Source: Eledone cirrhosa (taxonomy: Eukaryota). Taken from it: a stretch of DNA of 64,000 nt. A model generated the notes under the pieces. The model was not told where the DNA came from. It was given only the letters and a program-made list of their open reading frames with translations, and did not search any database. Where the stretch lies: NCBI GenBank assembly GCA_964016885.1, contig OZ024743.1, positions 20,398,001-20,462,000 of the forward strand, in the 5' to 3' direction. Within the stretch, counting starts at the first letter, position 1. Each line of letters starts with the position of its first letter. This document shows, piece after piece, positions 14,790 to 28,584 of this stretch. A program made the position numbers and the translations under genes.

Positions 14790-15185
14790 TCATCATTATC
14801 ATTGTCCTCATTTAATGTCCATATTCCCCTCTAGCAGGAGTTGGGCAGGTTGTCACAGACAGTGTCAGTATTCAAGCTAATGATCCTTCAGATGGGTCAG
14901 AGGCCTGCGTCTCCCTTACATATGTTCCTGTACTCTACCAAGAGCATTTTATCATGGCACCAATTCTAGAGATGTTGTCATGACTTTAACATAGCTGAAT
15001 AGGCTTTTGGCTGCCACTTTATAAAGTGTTCTGGGTGCATTTATTGTGTAGATCACCAACACTAGGTAGGTTGTCGTGTTTGACACAAGAATCCTCCTGA
15101 CTTTTTGTTTTCTACGGCTGGATGTTCTTCCGTCATCTATGACTTTACAGTGCACTGGGTGTGTTTATCATGTAGTCACCAGTAC
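14790..15185 (-). repeat. decayed RTE-tail/SINE remnant
   Basis: CATCATTATCATT...TTTAATGTCC start and TTTCTACGGCTGGATG motif, as in other RTE tails. Confidence 0.5.
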
Positions 15186-15994
15186 TATAGAGGTTATGCC
15201 CTTGAAGCAACTGAAGTCCTCCTGATCCTTTTTAATATGGTTTCTACAGTGGTATTGGTGTGTGAGAATTGCCAGACACCACCAGATAGTTTAAAACCTG
15301 ATATTTTTTAATTTGTGAAAGTTTTAGTTTTGAGCCTTTTAAGACTGGGTAGGGATAAATAGTGTTGTGTAATACATTATCTGAAGTGACTTTGATTTAG
15401 ATCTGCTGAATGGGACTGTATAACATTTTTTTGTCTAAACTTGCTTTACTTTTTCTGACTCCCAAGAAAAAAATAAATAAAAAAGTTCTTCATATTGGTG
15501 TACTTTTATGAAAAGTAGAGAGTAACGCACATTCATGCAAGCATAGAAAATGGATGGAAGTTTTAAAAATATAAAAGAATTTTGTCACTGAGATCAATAT
15601 TTTTGTAGCAGAAAAATCCCATTGTAAAGGATTGACATGATGGTACCATTGATAAATATTCTGGAATTTGATTACTGATTAATATTCTGTGAATTAAATC
15701 TTGTTGAGGTTGACTTTATGCTAAAAGAACATTGTTCAACCCATGGACCCATAGAAAACACATATAAAATGTTGATAGTGGTGGTGGTGGTTGTCGTAAT
15801 GGTGGTGATAATGATGCTGATGGTATGCAAAGGAAATTGAGAAAAGATTGAATGACAAAAACTCAATGATATTTCTTTTAACAACTAGATTAAATTTTTA
15901 CAAATAAGTATAGTCACATTTCAGTTCAATAAAAACCTTCATGTTATATTATACAAGTAAAATATGTTTTATGAATTCAATGTAATTTATATTT

Positions 15995-16674
15995 ATAAAC
16001 GAACTAAGGAAAAAATTAGAGATAAGAGGGATCAGATGTTGTTTACTCGAGAGAAGGCTACGTTGGTATGGACACGTGATGCGCATGAAAGTCGATAGCT
16101 GTATAACAAAGTGCAGGGCAATAAAGATAGACGGTAGTCACGGAATAGGCAGACCTAGAAAAACCTGGGACGAGCTGATAAACTCCGACATCACACACTT
16201 ACACCTCTCCAAGACAATGTCACTGGACCGAGACCTTTGGCGGTACTCAGTAACAGAGAAGACCCGCCTTACCTAAATATATAGTAAAACCTACTCCAGC
16301 CAGTAGGCATCTCTAACAAAATACACCCCGTCCCACCACCACCACCCCCACCCCATCCACACCACCCCGTTCTATGTAAAGTTATGTTGGTGCCGCGCCA
16401 TCGAGGCCGAAACAAATGAGATCGTGTAGGTGTCACGACAAAAAACACACAGTCCACGCTGTAATGTGGCCGTGTAGGCAACACGGTAAAAACCTCCCAG
16501 ACCCACACTGTAAATGTGGTTGGTGTTAGGAAGGGCATCCAACTGTAGAAAACCTGCCAGACAGTCCTATGCGAGCAAGACAATCACTCTTGCCTCAAGT
16601 GGGACTACCCCCGTCCAAACCCATGCAAGCGTGGAACACGGACGTTAAACGTTGATGATGATGATGATGATGAT
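15995..16674 (+). mobile_element. young RTE LINE 3' fragment
   Basis: RLRWYGHVMR...GRPRKTWDELINSD...TEKTRLT*; full 3' UTR and (GAT)n tail; close match to the reverse complement of 59244-59910. Confidence 0.93.
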
Positions 16675-17767
16675 TCTCTTGAGAGAATTGGTTATATTTT
16701 GTTCATTAAAAACGTTATGTGGTTAGTTGTCTTGAGTTTAGGTTAGAACAAGAGGGCATAATGAATAGTTACTTCTTATTCTTTATCTCCTGCTTACTTG
16801 AATTGTCAAGAATATAACATCTTGCAAAAAATGTCAATTTAAATGTTATTCATTTGAGAAAATTATAAATTAACAGAAATTAATCATATATTTTTCCATT
16901 ATAATACATTACAAAATATTTTTGTTTAAGATGATGTTTAAAGAAATAACTAAAAGAAAATGAAGACCATTACTTGCAGTTGAATAGGGCTTGGTAGCTT
17001 GTACCATACTTTGGCTAAAAGTTTCCAATGGTCATTTAGTTATGAGCAGACACAGACACTCACTTGATCTCAACATTTTTACCCAGTGGACCATTTAGAA
17101 TGTGAAAGCTAGAGGGAGTGTTGCACCAGCATTGAGTTTGTATATTCCCCATTGACCCTGAAGATGAAAGAGGAGGTAGAACTCCAGGATTTGAGTGCAG
17201 AGGACAGCTAAAACAAATAACTCAAACATTCTATCAATCAATCAGCTATTGAATAGATTAAATTCCTATGGATTAAATTGATTTAGTATACTTTAAAATT
17301 GAAATAGTATGATGCTCACCAGCTGAAATATTCAGCATTTACAATGTTCATTAGAAAAAGATTAGTCATAGAATTTGGATTTTTGAAATGATAAATTTAT
17401 AAAATTAATTGTTAAATTCATTTTTAGAAGGATCAATAATGAAAAATACATTTTTTTGAAATTATTTTAGATTAGTTTTTTTTTTTTGTTTTAATTCTCA
17501 GTGCTAAAGCCATGCTGAAACACATTAGCAGTAAAAATAATTAAGGAATTGTCAGATTACCGTAACACAGATGACATTTGGGTGTTTACCAATGACTTAG
17601 AATTTATAGCTTATTTGACTACTAGTAAACCCGTGGTGGTAATAATGATGGCAATAGCATTGAATGTATTTAATTGTTGGTGTCTAAGATTGGTATGTCA
17701 TATATACCAAGATTACTAGATTTCTGAACTGCCAGTATCAGAAATTTGCATTTTGATAAATTGTCAA

Positions 17768-18000
17768 CATCATCATCACTATTTAATGTCCATTTTTCCA
17801 CACTAGCCTGGGTTAGATGGGTTGTCCCATTTCAGGCGAATTGGGTCAGGTCACTGTGTCTTGCTCACACAGAATTGTTTCTGGCTTGGTTTCTATGGCT
17901 CGATGCCCTTCCTAATGTCAAACACATTTGCAGTGTGTGCTGGATCTTTTTGTCAGGACTCCTACATGACCACTTTACTGTGTGGGCTGGGTACTTTTTG
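17768..18000 (-). repeat. RTE-tail remnant
   Basis: CATCATCATCAC...TTTAATGTCCATTTTTCCA...GATGCCCTTCCTAA pattern. Confidence 0.65.
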
Positions 18001-19439
18001 CTATGAATAATAGAAACCCTAAAGTTTATGTTAATTATTGACATATAGAAGTGATTAAAGATAAGAATGATATTTTAATAATTATTTCTAGAATATAATA
18101 ACAGAAATGTTCAGGATATATGTACAAATAACATATAGGATTAAATGTATGAGTAACTTTAGAGAAAGAACTATTTACAGGAACAAATGTAGGGTTAAAA
18201 CCTATGACCAAGCTATTTATTAATAGTAAAATGGGCATTTGCACACATGATGTAAAAGTACACTCTCATTTTCTAAACGATATACTTTGGTATAACAAAA
18301 AAAAAAGGCAGGGAGTGCATTATTTAGGCTTATGCCATCCTTTGTTAACTAACACATCAATCAATAAGTTTTTCACATTGGCTTCAATTGGCAATGACTG
18401 TTCTAGCTTCTTTACTAGCAATCCAGTACTTGCTGATTATCTCTGTTTGTTTCACCAAGCTTTCCATAATGTTCCATTTATTCTTTTCCTATTTGGTGGT
18501 AGTTAGCACATTGATGCTTTTACACATTGTTTATCTAGCATGTACAATTCATGCCTTGCATAGTGGAATCTGTACTGTTTGACAATGTTTCCTAATGTAT
18601 GAAAATCTACACTTTGTAAGATTTCTTCATTGGGGATTCTTTAACTATATGTAATCTTAAAAATTATTCAGATATCTTTTAGAGAACTGCTTCTGATATT
18701 TTTGCTGTCACCTTTCAATTTTAACTGTCATACACAGCTGTGGGAATAACAATAATTTTATAAAGTTAGATTTTGTTTGCAGTATAATTTGTTGTTGATA
18801 CAATTTGGTACATTTTATTTTAAAAAAAAACAAAAACACGACATACCTAATGCTTTCTGAAGTTTTCAATGATTTTTTTCAGCTTCAGCATCTCCATTCC
18901 CAACCCAAAGGATGCCAGGGTGTGCGAGTTATTGGACTTGTTTGATTTGCTCTTGGTTCACAATTATATGTTCGTCCCAATTTTTCCAGCGGCTTGTTCT
19001 AACCTTGTTGTTATCTACAGCTCATTGATGTTCTTTAAAACTAGTGCAATATCTTCAATGAAAACCAAGCTTGGAAATTAAGGCTGTTGCTTTCAGGCAA
19101 CACAAAAGTTCATTGAGTCAATTGATCATCTCATTAGAAAGTCATAATAATAGTATTTTCAGATGCTGCACTGCTAATATGATAGAAAGAAATATTGAAC
19201 AAAAAAAATACTAGCTGAATTTTCTAGGAAATTTCATATTTAGAAACATCATTGAACAGTACTTAGTTGCATCAGCCTATGTCTATCAATTTCATGGACT
19301 TCAACTGGGCATAAGAGGGGTCAGATGCAGTATACAGGAAAGGCAATTAGAGAAGTTAACATTTGACACTGCTTTAGGACTCATTGTAAAAACTCCTGCA
19401 ATCGAATTGCATTTCCAAGTTTTATATTAATATCCTCAG

Positions 19440-19850
19440 AAATGTCTGCTGGGATACATAAAAGTTTTTGTATGAAGACCAATACATGCACAACTAACTT
19501 CTTCAATATTGTCACTTGGGTGAACAAATTTGTGTCGATTGTATTGAGAGTACTCTTCGTATTGTGTGCAATGTCTAGTAGTGTTATTTTTTGTAGGTAT
19601 TTTCATAGGTATTATTTCTGTTTCCATCATATACGTTTGGGTTATTTCTCTCAATAGATATTTATATTTGGATAGTTTCTCCATTTTCTTGGTAGATATA
19701 TCGTCGTTTGTGGGGATTGGTACATCAATTAGAAGACATTTTTTTCCTTGTGGTCTTTGATTATAATCTCTAGTCGGTTGGCTTTGATCTCCCTGTCTGT
19801 GTATGTTGGCATTTCCCAGAGAATGGTTGCTTTGTCATTCTCTGACATAT
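19440..19850 (-). mobile_element. R4/Dong-like non-LTR retrotransposon remnant (restriction-like endonuclease)
   Basis: Minus translation ILWEMPTYTDREIKANRLEIIIKD...CLLIDVPIPTNDDISTKKMEKLSKYKYLLREI fits the ILWD..TD..I.ANRPDI...IDv.iP....K..EK..KY..L..EI pattern. Confidence 0.7.
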
Positions 19851-20039
19851 TTTGTGGTGTGTGTCTGTGTCATCTTTTTTCTGTTGGTATTTCGTAATGT
19901 TGTTATAACTTCCAGTGTATGTAAATCCCGCTTTGGGTCAGCAAGGTTAAAATTACCAATGAATATAGGGAAGAATTTACCATGCATGTATGAGTACATC
20001 AAGGCTTCCTTCTTAGCCATATTCTGTTCATTATCATCA

Positions 20040-20802
20040 TGCAGGCTATAACAGAAGAGTTTCAGACCTGCTGCCCATGGGAGTTTCTGTATGCAGATGA
20101 TCTAACCCTTATAGTTGAATCTATGGCAGATCAAGAGAAGAAATTCCTGACCTGCAAGCAAGGCGTAGAATCTAAAGGTTTTAAAGTCAACTTGGCAAAG
20201 CCCATAGTTCTAATATGTAAAGATAACAAGACCTAGATTCCATCAGAGACATGGCCTTGCTCAGTGTACAAGAAAGGAGTAGGTAGAAATTCCATCCTAT
20301 GCCCCAAATCCAAACTATGGGTGCACAAGAGTTGTGGTGTGATTTCAAGTAGAACACAGGTTTTGTATGTGATCATTTCCCAGGTGCAGTAAGTAGTAAC
20401 AGACCCTGGATACTAACAGACCTGGGTGCTGTGTACAGAGGACCTACAAAGGTTGCAAAGAAATGAAGCTTCCATGCTTCGATGGATGTGTAATAATAAT
20501 ATATATAAATGGCAAATTTTAAATAAACTAAGAGCGCCCAGCCCAAATTATAAAGTGGTCGTGTAGGTGACAGGATAATTGTGCTCAGTCCATGATGAAA
20601 AGTGGTTGTGTAGGTGTCACGAAAAAATCACCCAGCACACACTGGTTGGTGTTAGAAAGGGCATCCAGCTGTTGAAACCAGGCCCAAACCAGTTCTATAT
20701 GAGCAAGACCTAGTCATCTGATCTGGCTTGTCTCACAAGGCAACTCATCTAACCCATGCTAGCATGGAAAAATTGACAGTAAACAGTGATGATGATGATG
20801 AT
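20040..20802 (+). mobile_element. RTE LINE fragment with internal deletions
   Basis: QAITEEFQTCCPWEFLYADDLTLIVES, Cys-rich insert, then 3' UTR and (GAT)n tail. Confidence 0.85.
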
Positions 20803-23431
20803 TATAGTCAATGTTTGTGCAATTTTCTTAATTTCAAAGAATGAACATCCTTACATTCATGTGATTCCTTTGTATACATCTTTCGTTATTTTTATAATAT
20901 ACACATTTGTAATACAATCCATAAATTTTGTTACATGCATTGTTATCCCTTTTTTGTTTGTTTTTTCTTCTTTCGAGTTTTTACGTTGTACACAGTCTGT
21001 GTTTTGGTTGTTTTTCAACATGTATTTTTTGCACATGGTTGTAGTGTTAACAAAAGAAATCCCATGATAGGGACAATCCATACATAACATATTTTGTTTT
21101 AGGGCTCGTTCCTTCTTGTGTAACATATTCTTCTTCATTTTCTAGCTATATTTACTATCGTTCTGTCGATGGTGTCTGATTATCACCATCATCAACATCA
21201 CCACTACCACCACTACCATCATCATCATCATCACCACTACCATCATCATCATCGTCATCATTGTCATTAGAGAATATCTAAAAGTTATTTTCTCTAGTTA
21301 AGCCTTGAGATTTGACTATTTTTTTTCTTTTGAAACTGCAAAAGAACGGAAAGCTCATATTATTTTAACAATCAGATAATATACATCGATATACAAGAGA
21401 TTTTCTGCTACTAAGTATGTACATTATGCAAACTAAACATGTAGCTCATGCAATTCTTCCTTTTTTTTTTGTTATTTTATGGCATCCTGCCATTCTTATT
21501 TCGGTGTTATTTGCTGCATTGCTAATGCAGCATAATGTCTTTTGATTTAAAGTGTTATGTTTTAATGAAAATCCTAATAGTTCTACAAAATGTGTTACCG
21601 GAAGAGAAGGAGGGAGGAGCAGATAAAGTATGTGTTTATTGGAAAATATATTGTAAAAATTTGTTTTATTATTTCAGTAATTTAATTTCAAAGTTTATTC
21701 AAGTATTAATTGTATAAGGGTGCAATAACAGACCTGTAAAATAAATCATGTACTGCAGCAACACTATTTAGAAAAAATATTTAAGAGGTTTCATAGCTGT
21801 AGTGTACAGAACTGAACTGCTGACACTATGCTAATGAGTTCCATCTTTACTAAAGTCATTGTATACTTTGTACATGGCTTTGCTTATCTTTTGTTACCTG
21901 CCAATTTATTTAAAGATGCTTCATTTTACTGGATAGAATCGTGTTTTTGCCTTCTTGACCCAACTAACCTGAACACGATGTCAAGAGTGAACAAGATAGG
22001 TGTTTCGCTCTCATCAATGATTAGCATGTCTGGACCTTTACCAAATGTTCCTGTTTTTAACCTGACTAGGTGTGGATCACTATCTTTCAGACCCCTGTCT
22101 GACTATTACAGCTGAGTTGGAGGATGTCTGGTGGTAATGACAGTGACAAATGATGGATATACTGACACAACTGAGCACACACTTCATGTACGGATGTGAT
22201 GTGAATCCCTGTTCCAACTATGTGGTTAGTAAATCTGAATAACTAAATTGGATGGTAACTATAGATCCAACCCATGTCAACAGGGAAAGTAGACATAAAA
22301 TAACAATAATGGTGATGATATATGAAAACACATATACATACCTAGGCACTCACAGGCATAAACATAAAATATTCACCAATGGAATATCATTTTTAAGAGA
22401 AAAGTTTGTATAAAATTTATATATCTAGTCAATCTGTTTGTAATTTTAAAGTGAGTATATATATTCAATTATTTAAAATTTTCTTATAAAATATATCATT
22501 TTGAAGTACTTTCATTATATATCTAAATTGTTAACCATTTATTTGTTAACCATTTTTTAGTTAATATATTTTTTATATTTTATAATCTATCAGCTAAAAT
22601 GTCTATATTTTGTTCAGTAATACACTAGAGATATGTACTTCATAATAGTGATCTCCCAATGATGACAATGTATCATCTTGACAGCTAAATTACGAGATTT
22701 ATTTGAATGTTTGTCACAAAATGTTGTATTTCATTAAATAGTTGTTTATGGTTTGAAATGAATATGATTTAGTAATTTAATGCAAAGAACATTCAATATT
22801 TGGAGCAAATACTTTTGCTCTCCTATATCTATCTACTATGTTACTTACATGAGCTAATCTGAGAGTAGTTAGTTTATTATTTGGCTATACATCCACCCTA
22901 TAGATATCTACCCAATCACAAAGGAAGGAGTGGAACATGTTACTGCCAATTGAACAAACCTCTGCAAAAAGGTGTTTGAGATGTGATCTCATTCTTCCTG
23001 CAGATAGTACATCTAACATACTGAATGTGACCCTTTTTTATGACAACAGGGTGATATGACTATTATTTTTACATAGCTGATAATTAACATATATATTCAA
23101 GATAGTAAGAATACACATAGACAAGTGTTCATATAAGTGTGGGTTCCTAATAAACTTACTTATAGACAGCTATTCACATAAATATAAAGTCCCAATAGGT
23201 TTACATATAGACAGCTATTCACGTAAATATGAAGTCCCAGCTTGCTTCAATCAACAACTAAAGAACCATCCAGTTATTAAACTAACCAATTGGGAGTTTA
23301 TAATAAATTGTAGTGAAAACCAATAGGTGGGTGTGCCTTTATTGGCAGCATGACCCTCCCAAAGTATAATAATATATGTTTCAACACATATTTTCAGATA
23401 TGAAATCTTGTAAAACAAATACAAAACGAAG

Positions 23432-23507
<76 letters not shown>

Positions 23508-23645
23508 AAGGTTAAACAAGGTTCAATTAATAAATCAAAGAATTAGTTTTACAATAGATTGGAAGCACTCAACAGTAATGGTTTTCCGGAGTTATTGATA
23601 TTAATTCAAAATATTAACAAAAATAGAACTTCTTGTGATCAAGTA

Positions 23646-23712
23646 TATTTTATTATACATATTTCAGAGGTACTGAGCTATCTTCAACAGTACGTCCTCG
23701 TCAGATAAAATA
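23646..23712 (-). ncRNA. type I hammerhead ribozyme motif (PLE pLTR)
   Basis: Reverse complement TATTTTAT-CTGACGA-GGACGTACTG[loop]CAGTACCTCT-GAAA-TATGTA-TA-ATAAAATA: intact core, 8-bp stem I, stem II, near-palindromic minimal stem III. Confidence 0.85.
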
Positions 23713-25752
23713 AGATGATGCATGACATACCCTGACTTAGTAGATGGTTAAGATTCAGTCATGGTAGTGAATAAGATATGACAAAACTGAATATTTATAT
23801 ACCTTAAGATTGAGACATGAAAAAATTACATATAATACAGAGGGTGCGTGTGAGAAAGCTTAAACATACATAATAGCAATTTACATAACTGTTAGAGATT
23901 CAAATAATTTAAATTATTGAAGAGAGAAGAAAGACAGAGAAACAGATGAGAAAAAGATAGTTACTAGAAGTATAGAAAGCAAAAGAGAATTGATCAAGGA
24001 TAGAGAGACAAGGAGGAATAATTTTTACAGTTTAAAGCATAGGGAGGGAGATTTGTATTGTCGTGGATAAATAGCGTGTGATTAGATGATGCTATATATA
24101 TATATATATAAATACATAAATATCAATTTGGGCATAGCTTTGTGAGAGAGTAAACTCGAATCTTTGAATTATCTAGAAATAATCAATCAATCTAAATATT
24201 AAATATATCTGGGTTTAATTTATATTCCTTAGTTAATTAGAAATATACTAACAATTAACTATATACATTATATATATCCAAACGTATTCAGATGACCGTT
24301 AAATTTCGAATCATTTATGTTAGTTCAGAATAATGAATTAATCTAAAGGTATAATATTTCAGGCTATAAATGTTTATAAGTATTTATATTAAAGTATACT
24401 ATCATATTTAATTTATAAAATCATATTTAAAGTATTTGCATAATGAGAAAGAAGAGACTTAATATTTTCATCCTCTCGAAGGTAATCCATATTAAATTAT
24501 ATAAAAAAAAAATTTTATATTAAAAAAAATGTTATATTAAAAAAAATTTTATATTAAAATAATAATCATTATATAATTTAGAAAGTAATTACAGTTATAA
24601 CTTAAAAAATTTAAAATTAACAGTTAGAATGCCCTAAAGTATCTAAAGGCCTTATAATTATACTTAAAAAGGGTATTATTAAACTAGATATACGCATTTG
24701 TCTAAATTTATATAAAGAATATATTGTCTAAAGTTCAAGACGATATTAGTCATTTATACACAATATAATATAATATAATAAATAAGTTACTCTTAATATT
24801 GTTAAAATTGAGGTTTTAGATCAATTATTATATTAGGATCATGTAATACATATATACTATAAATATACAAATCAAACTTCATGAATCATAAGGATAAGAA
24901 CCAGATTAAAAATAAATAATTAAATGGTTTGCGATCCTAGAAGTGCCAAATATCTAAGCTGTATAATTTAAAAATACAAGAAAATTTTTAAGGATCTATA
25001 TTGTAGTATAATTTCATATTTAAAGTGTCTGCAAACATGAGAAAGAGAAAACTTAAGATTTTCATCGACCCGAAGGTAACCCGAATTTAATTATATTAAA
25101 AAATAATAATCGTTATATAATTTAGAAGATATTTAACAATTATAACACTAGAATGTCCTTAAGTATCTAAAGTACTTATAAATGTAGCTAGAAGCATATT
25201 ATTAAACTAGATATACACATTTGTCTAAATATATACAGAGTATTCTGTTCGGAACTCAAGACAATATTAGTGATCCATATACATATAATAAATAATAAAT
25301 ACAATCATTATTAGTAAAGTTATAATTGAAGTTTTACATCAAGTTAAGTGGAAAAGGTTTGTCAACTAGGATCGTGTGCGACGCATATACCATAAATATA
25401 TATAAATATATAAATCAAACATCCTGAATCTTAAAACCAACATACTCCAAATGAATAAATACATAAATACATGAATGGTTTACAGTTCCTTATAACTGTT
25501 AACCATATAAGCTATATATTTTTTAAAATACAAGAATCCCGATCAAATTAAATGTAGCTACACAATCAAATGATATGCATATTCATCAAGATATCATGTT
25601 AACAATCTATATGTTTATATATTTATATAGAACCCTTAATCTAAAATTAATCATATCATAAATGAATAAAAATTATTATAAGGTTTTATAATCTGTTATA
25701 ATATTTTATACACTCAGTTGATAAGAAACGTCAAAAATTAGAACCTATTTAT

Positions 25753-26169
25753 TTAGTGTTTTTTCCTGACTTTTTGCGAGGCTTGGATAGAGGAAGCTTT
25801 ATGAAGGCAATTTGAGAATAATTCACTTTTTTTGTTAATTAAATTTTCATAATTAGTAATTATTAATAGGGTCTCTATAGTACAAAGATTGCAGTTAGGC
25901 GATATTGAAGAATTCAAGTAGATTCGACTATTACACAGCTTCGACCAAGAAATCGAGAATTTAAAATTTTTGTCTTTTAACGACCATATAAGTTGTGATA
26001 AAGAAGTCGAAGATTTCCTATTAGGATTCGAAAAAGAACATTTGTGATTCGAAAATCTTAATTTAAATGTCGATGAAGTTGCACCAATATAGTTGTATGT
26101 GATGTTATTTGCTTTTACGGTGCATTTATAGACCAGATTGCTATCCAGACAATTATTTTGCAGAGGGCA
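25753..26169 (-). pseudogene. 5'-truncated PLE GIY-YIG endonuclease domain (open frame, absent from ORF track)
   Basis: Manual translation CPLQNNCLDSNLVYKCTV...YNYIGATSSTFKLRFSNHKCSF...TSLSQLIWSLKDKNF...CNLCTIE...LINKKSELFSNCLH...KKH*; homologous to ORF 63419-63880. Confidence 0.9.
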
Positions 26170-26299
26170 CCCTCTGTATTATATGTAATTTTTTCATGTC
26201 TCAATCTTAAGGCATACAAACATTGAGCCCTGTCACATCTTATACACTACCATGACCGAATCCTAACCATCTACCAAGTCAGGGTATGTCATGCATCAT

Positions 26300-26358
26300 C
26301 TGATGAGGATGCACTGGTGAAGACAGCTCAGCACCTCTGAAATATGTATAACAAAATA
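26300..26358 (+). ncRNA. damaged hammerhead copy (5' strand of stem I deleted)
   Basis: CTGATGA...GAAA-TATGTA-TA retained; a 10-nt deletion (TTATTTTATC) removes stem I; several T>C changes in stem II. Confidence 0.6.
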
Positions 26359-26548
26359 TACTTGATCACACGAATGTCTATCTTTGTCAATATTTTGAAT
26401 TAATATTAATAACTCCGGAAAACCATAGCTGTGGAGTGCTTCCAATCTAATGTAAAACTCATTCTTTGATTTATTCATTGAACCTTGTTTAACCTTTAAA
26501 TATCTATATCTATATATATGTATATATGTATATATATATACATATATG

Positions 26549-26586
<38 letters not shown>

Positions 26587-27114
26587 AATGGTTTGTATAT
26601 TTCTAATTAATTAAGGAATAGAAATTAAACCCTTATAGTTACACCCAGATATATTTAATATTTAGATTGATTGATTATTTCTAGATAATTCAAAGATTCG
26701 AGTTTACTCTCTCACAAAGCTATGCCCAAATGTATATTTATGTATTTATATATATATATATATATAGCATCATCTAATCACACGCTATTTATCCACGACA
26801 ATACAAATCTCCCTCCCTATGCTTTAAACTGTAAACATTATTCCTCCTTGTCTCTCTATCCTTGATCAGTTCTCTTTTGCTTTCTATACTTCTAGTAACT
26901 ATCTTTTTCCTCATCTGTTTCTCTCTGTCTTTCTTCTCTCTTCAATAATTTAAATTATTTGAATCTCTAACAGTTATGTAAATTGCTATTATGTATGTTT
27001 AAGCTTTCTCACACGCACCCTTTGTATTATATGTAATTTTTTCATGTCTCAATCTTAAGGTATATAAATATTATTCCAACCATCTACTAAGTCAGGGTAT
27101 GTTATGCATCATCT

Positions 27115-27181
27115 TATTTTATCTGATGAGGACGTACTGTTGAAGATAGCTCAGTACCTCTGAAATATGTATAATAAAATA
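27115..27181 (+). ncRNA. type I hammerhead ribozyme motif (inverted pLTR copy)
   Basis: TATTTTAT-CTGATGA-GGACGTACTG...CAGTACCTCT-GAAA-TATGTA-TA-ATAAAATA. Confidence 0.85.
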
Positions 27182-27224
27182 TACTTGATCACAAGAAGTT
27201 CTATTTTTGTTAATATTTTGAATT

Positions 27225-27278
<54 letters not shown>

Positions 27279-27789
27279 GTGGAGACAGACCTTTGGAATA
27301 ACATCTAAAGCAAGTGTGTCTCCATGCCAATATGTTTCCATGTCTTATAAATGGATTATATGATCAAATATATTATCTAAGAGGCTGTCTGAAGATGTAA
27401 TGTCAAGAATTGTGTTATATCATCATGACATACCAATGGCACCACAGAAATGTCTATGCTAATTACATAATTAAAGAAGTTATGGAAATCTAGCCTTTGT
27501 ATTCTATTATTACTGTATGTAATCTCTGTCATGTACTACCCATGCAATACCACATCAAAATTGGAAAGATACATATGACATTGAGTGCTTTTTCTTAATT
27601 TCAACATAGTTTGTTGATTGGAGTGACACAAACAGAGCCCCCAGCAACAAATTAATAAACATTCCATAACATACACACACACACATACTCATGCATGCAA
27701 ACACACACACGCATATGCACTTAAAGGTATATTGACGTGTTGATGAACTAATCAGTAGTAGATAGATGATAAATTCCACATCTAATCTC

Positions 27790-27838
<49 letters not shown>

Positions 27839-28584
27839 AATGTAGAATTTATCTACTGCTGATAAATTTATCAATGCATGTCAATATACCTTTAAGTGCA
27901 TATGTCTCCAAGAAATCAATACTTGCTTAAAGATGAGTTTTATTTTCAAGATAAGTCTTATGCAAATGACAATAAATATTCTACTTTGGATCAATGATCT
28001 GTTTCTGCTTAATCTTATGCCTGCAAACAAATTTCTATTTTGTTTCTTCTGTAAATGTTTCACCTAATGTCAATACATAAAAATCAATATTTACCTGGAA
28101 CTTATTTTATTTCCATCAAAATTCTTTGTTTAAAAGTTGGCTTCAGATAAATTTGTTTTATCCAAGGTTAAAAATCAAACGATTTCAGTTTCATAATAGT
28201 GTTTATAGTATGTTACAAAACTTTAACAATGTTAAACAATTTACTGCTCCTCTATAGATTTTAATCATTCTAATTATATTTATAAATGTGTTATCGTATT
28301 TTCTAACTCATCAAAGTAAGATGGAAATATGCATATTTCTGCTGCAGATATGAAAAGTTTTAATTAAATAATTTGAATATAATTTTGCCTAGTTTTGCAC
28401 TACTTTTGTATAAACATATAATTTATTTAATTAAATAACATTTTTTTTAATAAACAAAGAATACCAACAGTGGAAACATAGATAATGGGAATAGAAAGAA
28501 AAGGTGTATTTATGAAAATAATTATTGTTTGTTTTCACATATTGGTGTCATGATAAAATACACCCAGTACACTCTGTGTACCCA

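Larger units (their letters stand above)
23506..27225 (-). mobile_element. Penelope-like element 3' part (GIY-YIG, long 3' UTR, pLTR) with two inverted pLTR copies
   Basis: 26167-26498 is the reverse complement of about 23507-23847; about 26595-27225 is the reverse complement of about 23605-24250; GIY-YIG frame at 25753-26169; flanked and interrupted by (TA)n. Confidence 0.88.

Noticed and set aside
21828-22230. Locally GC-richer stretch with a 95-aa ORF as a host exon
   Set aside because: No recognisable protein similarity and no convincing splice-site pair.
23161-23239. 34-bp direct repeat with 45-bp period
   Set aside because: Simple local slippage duplication with no further structure.
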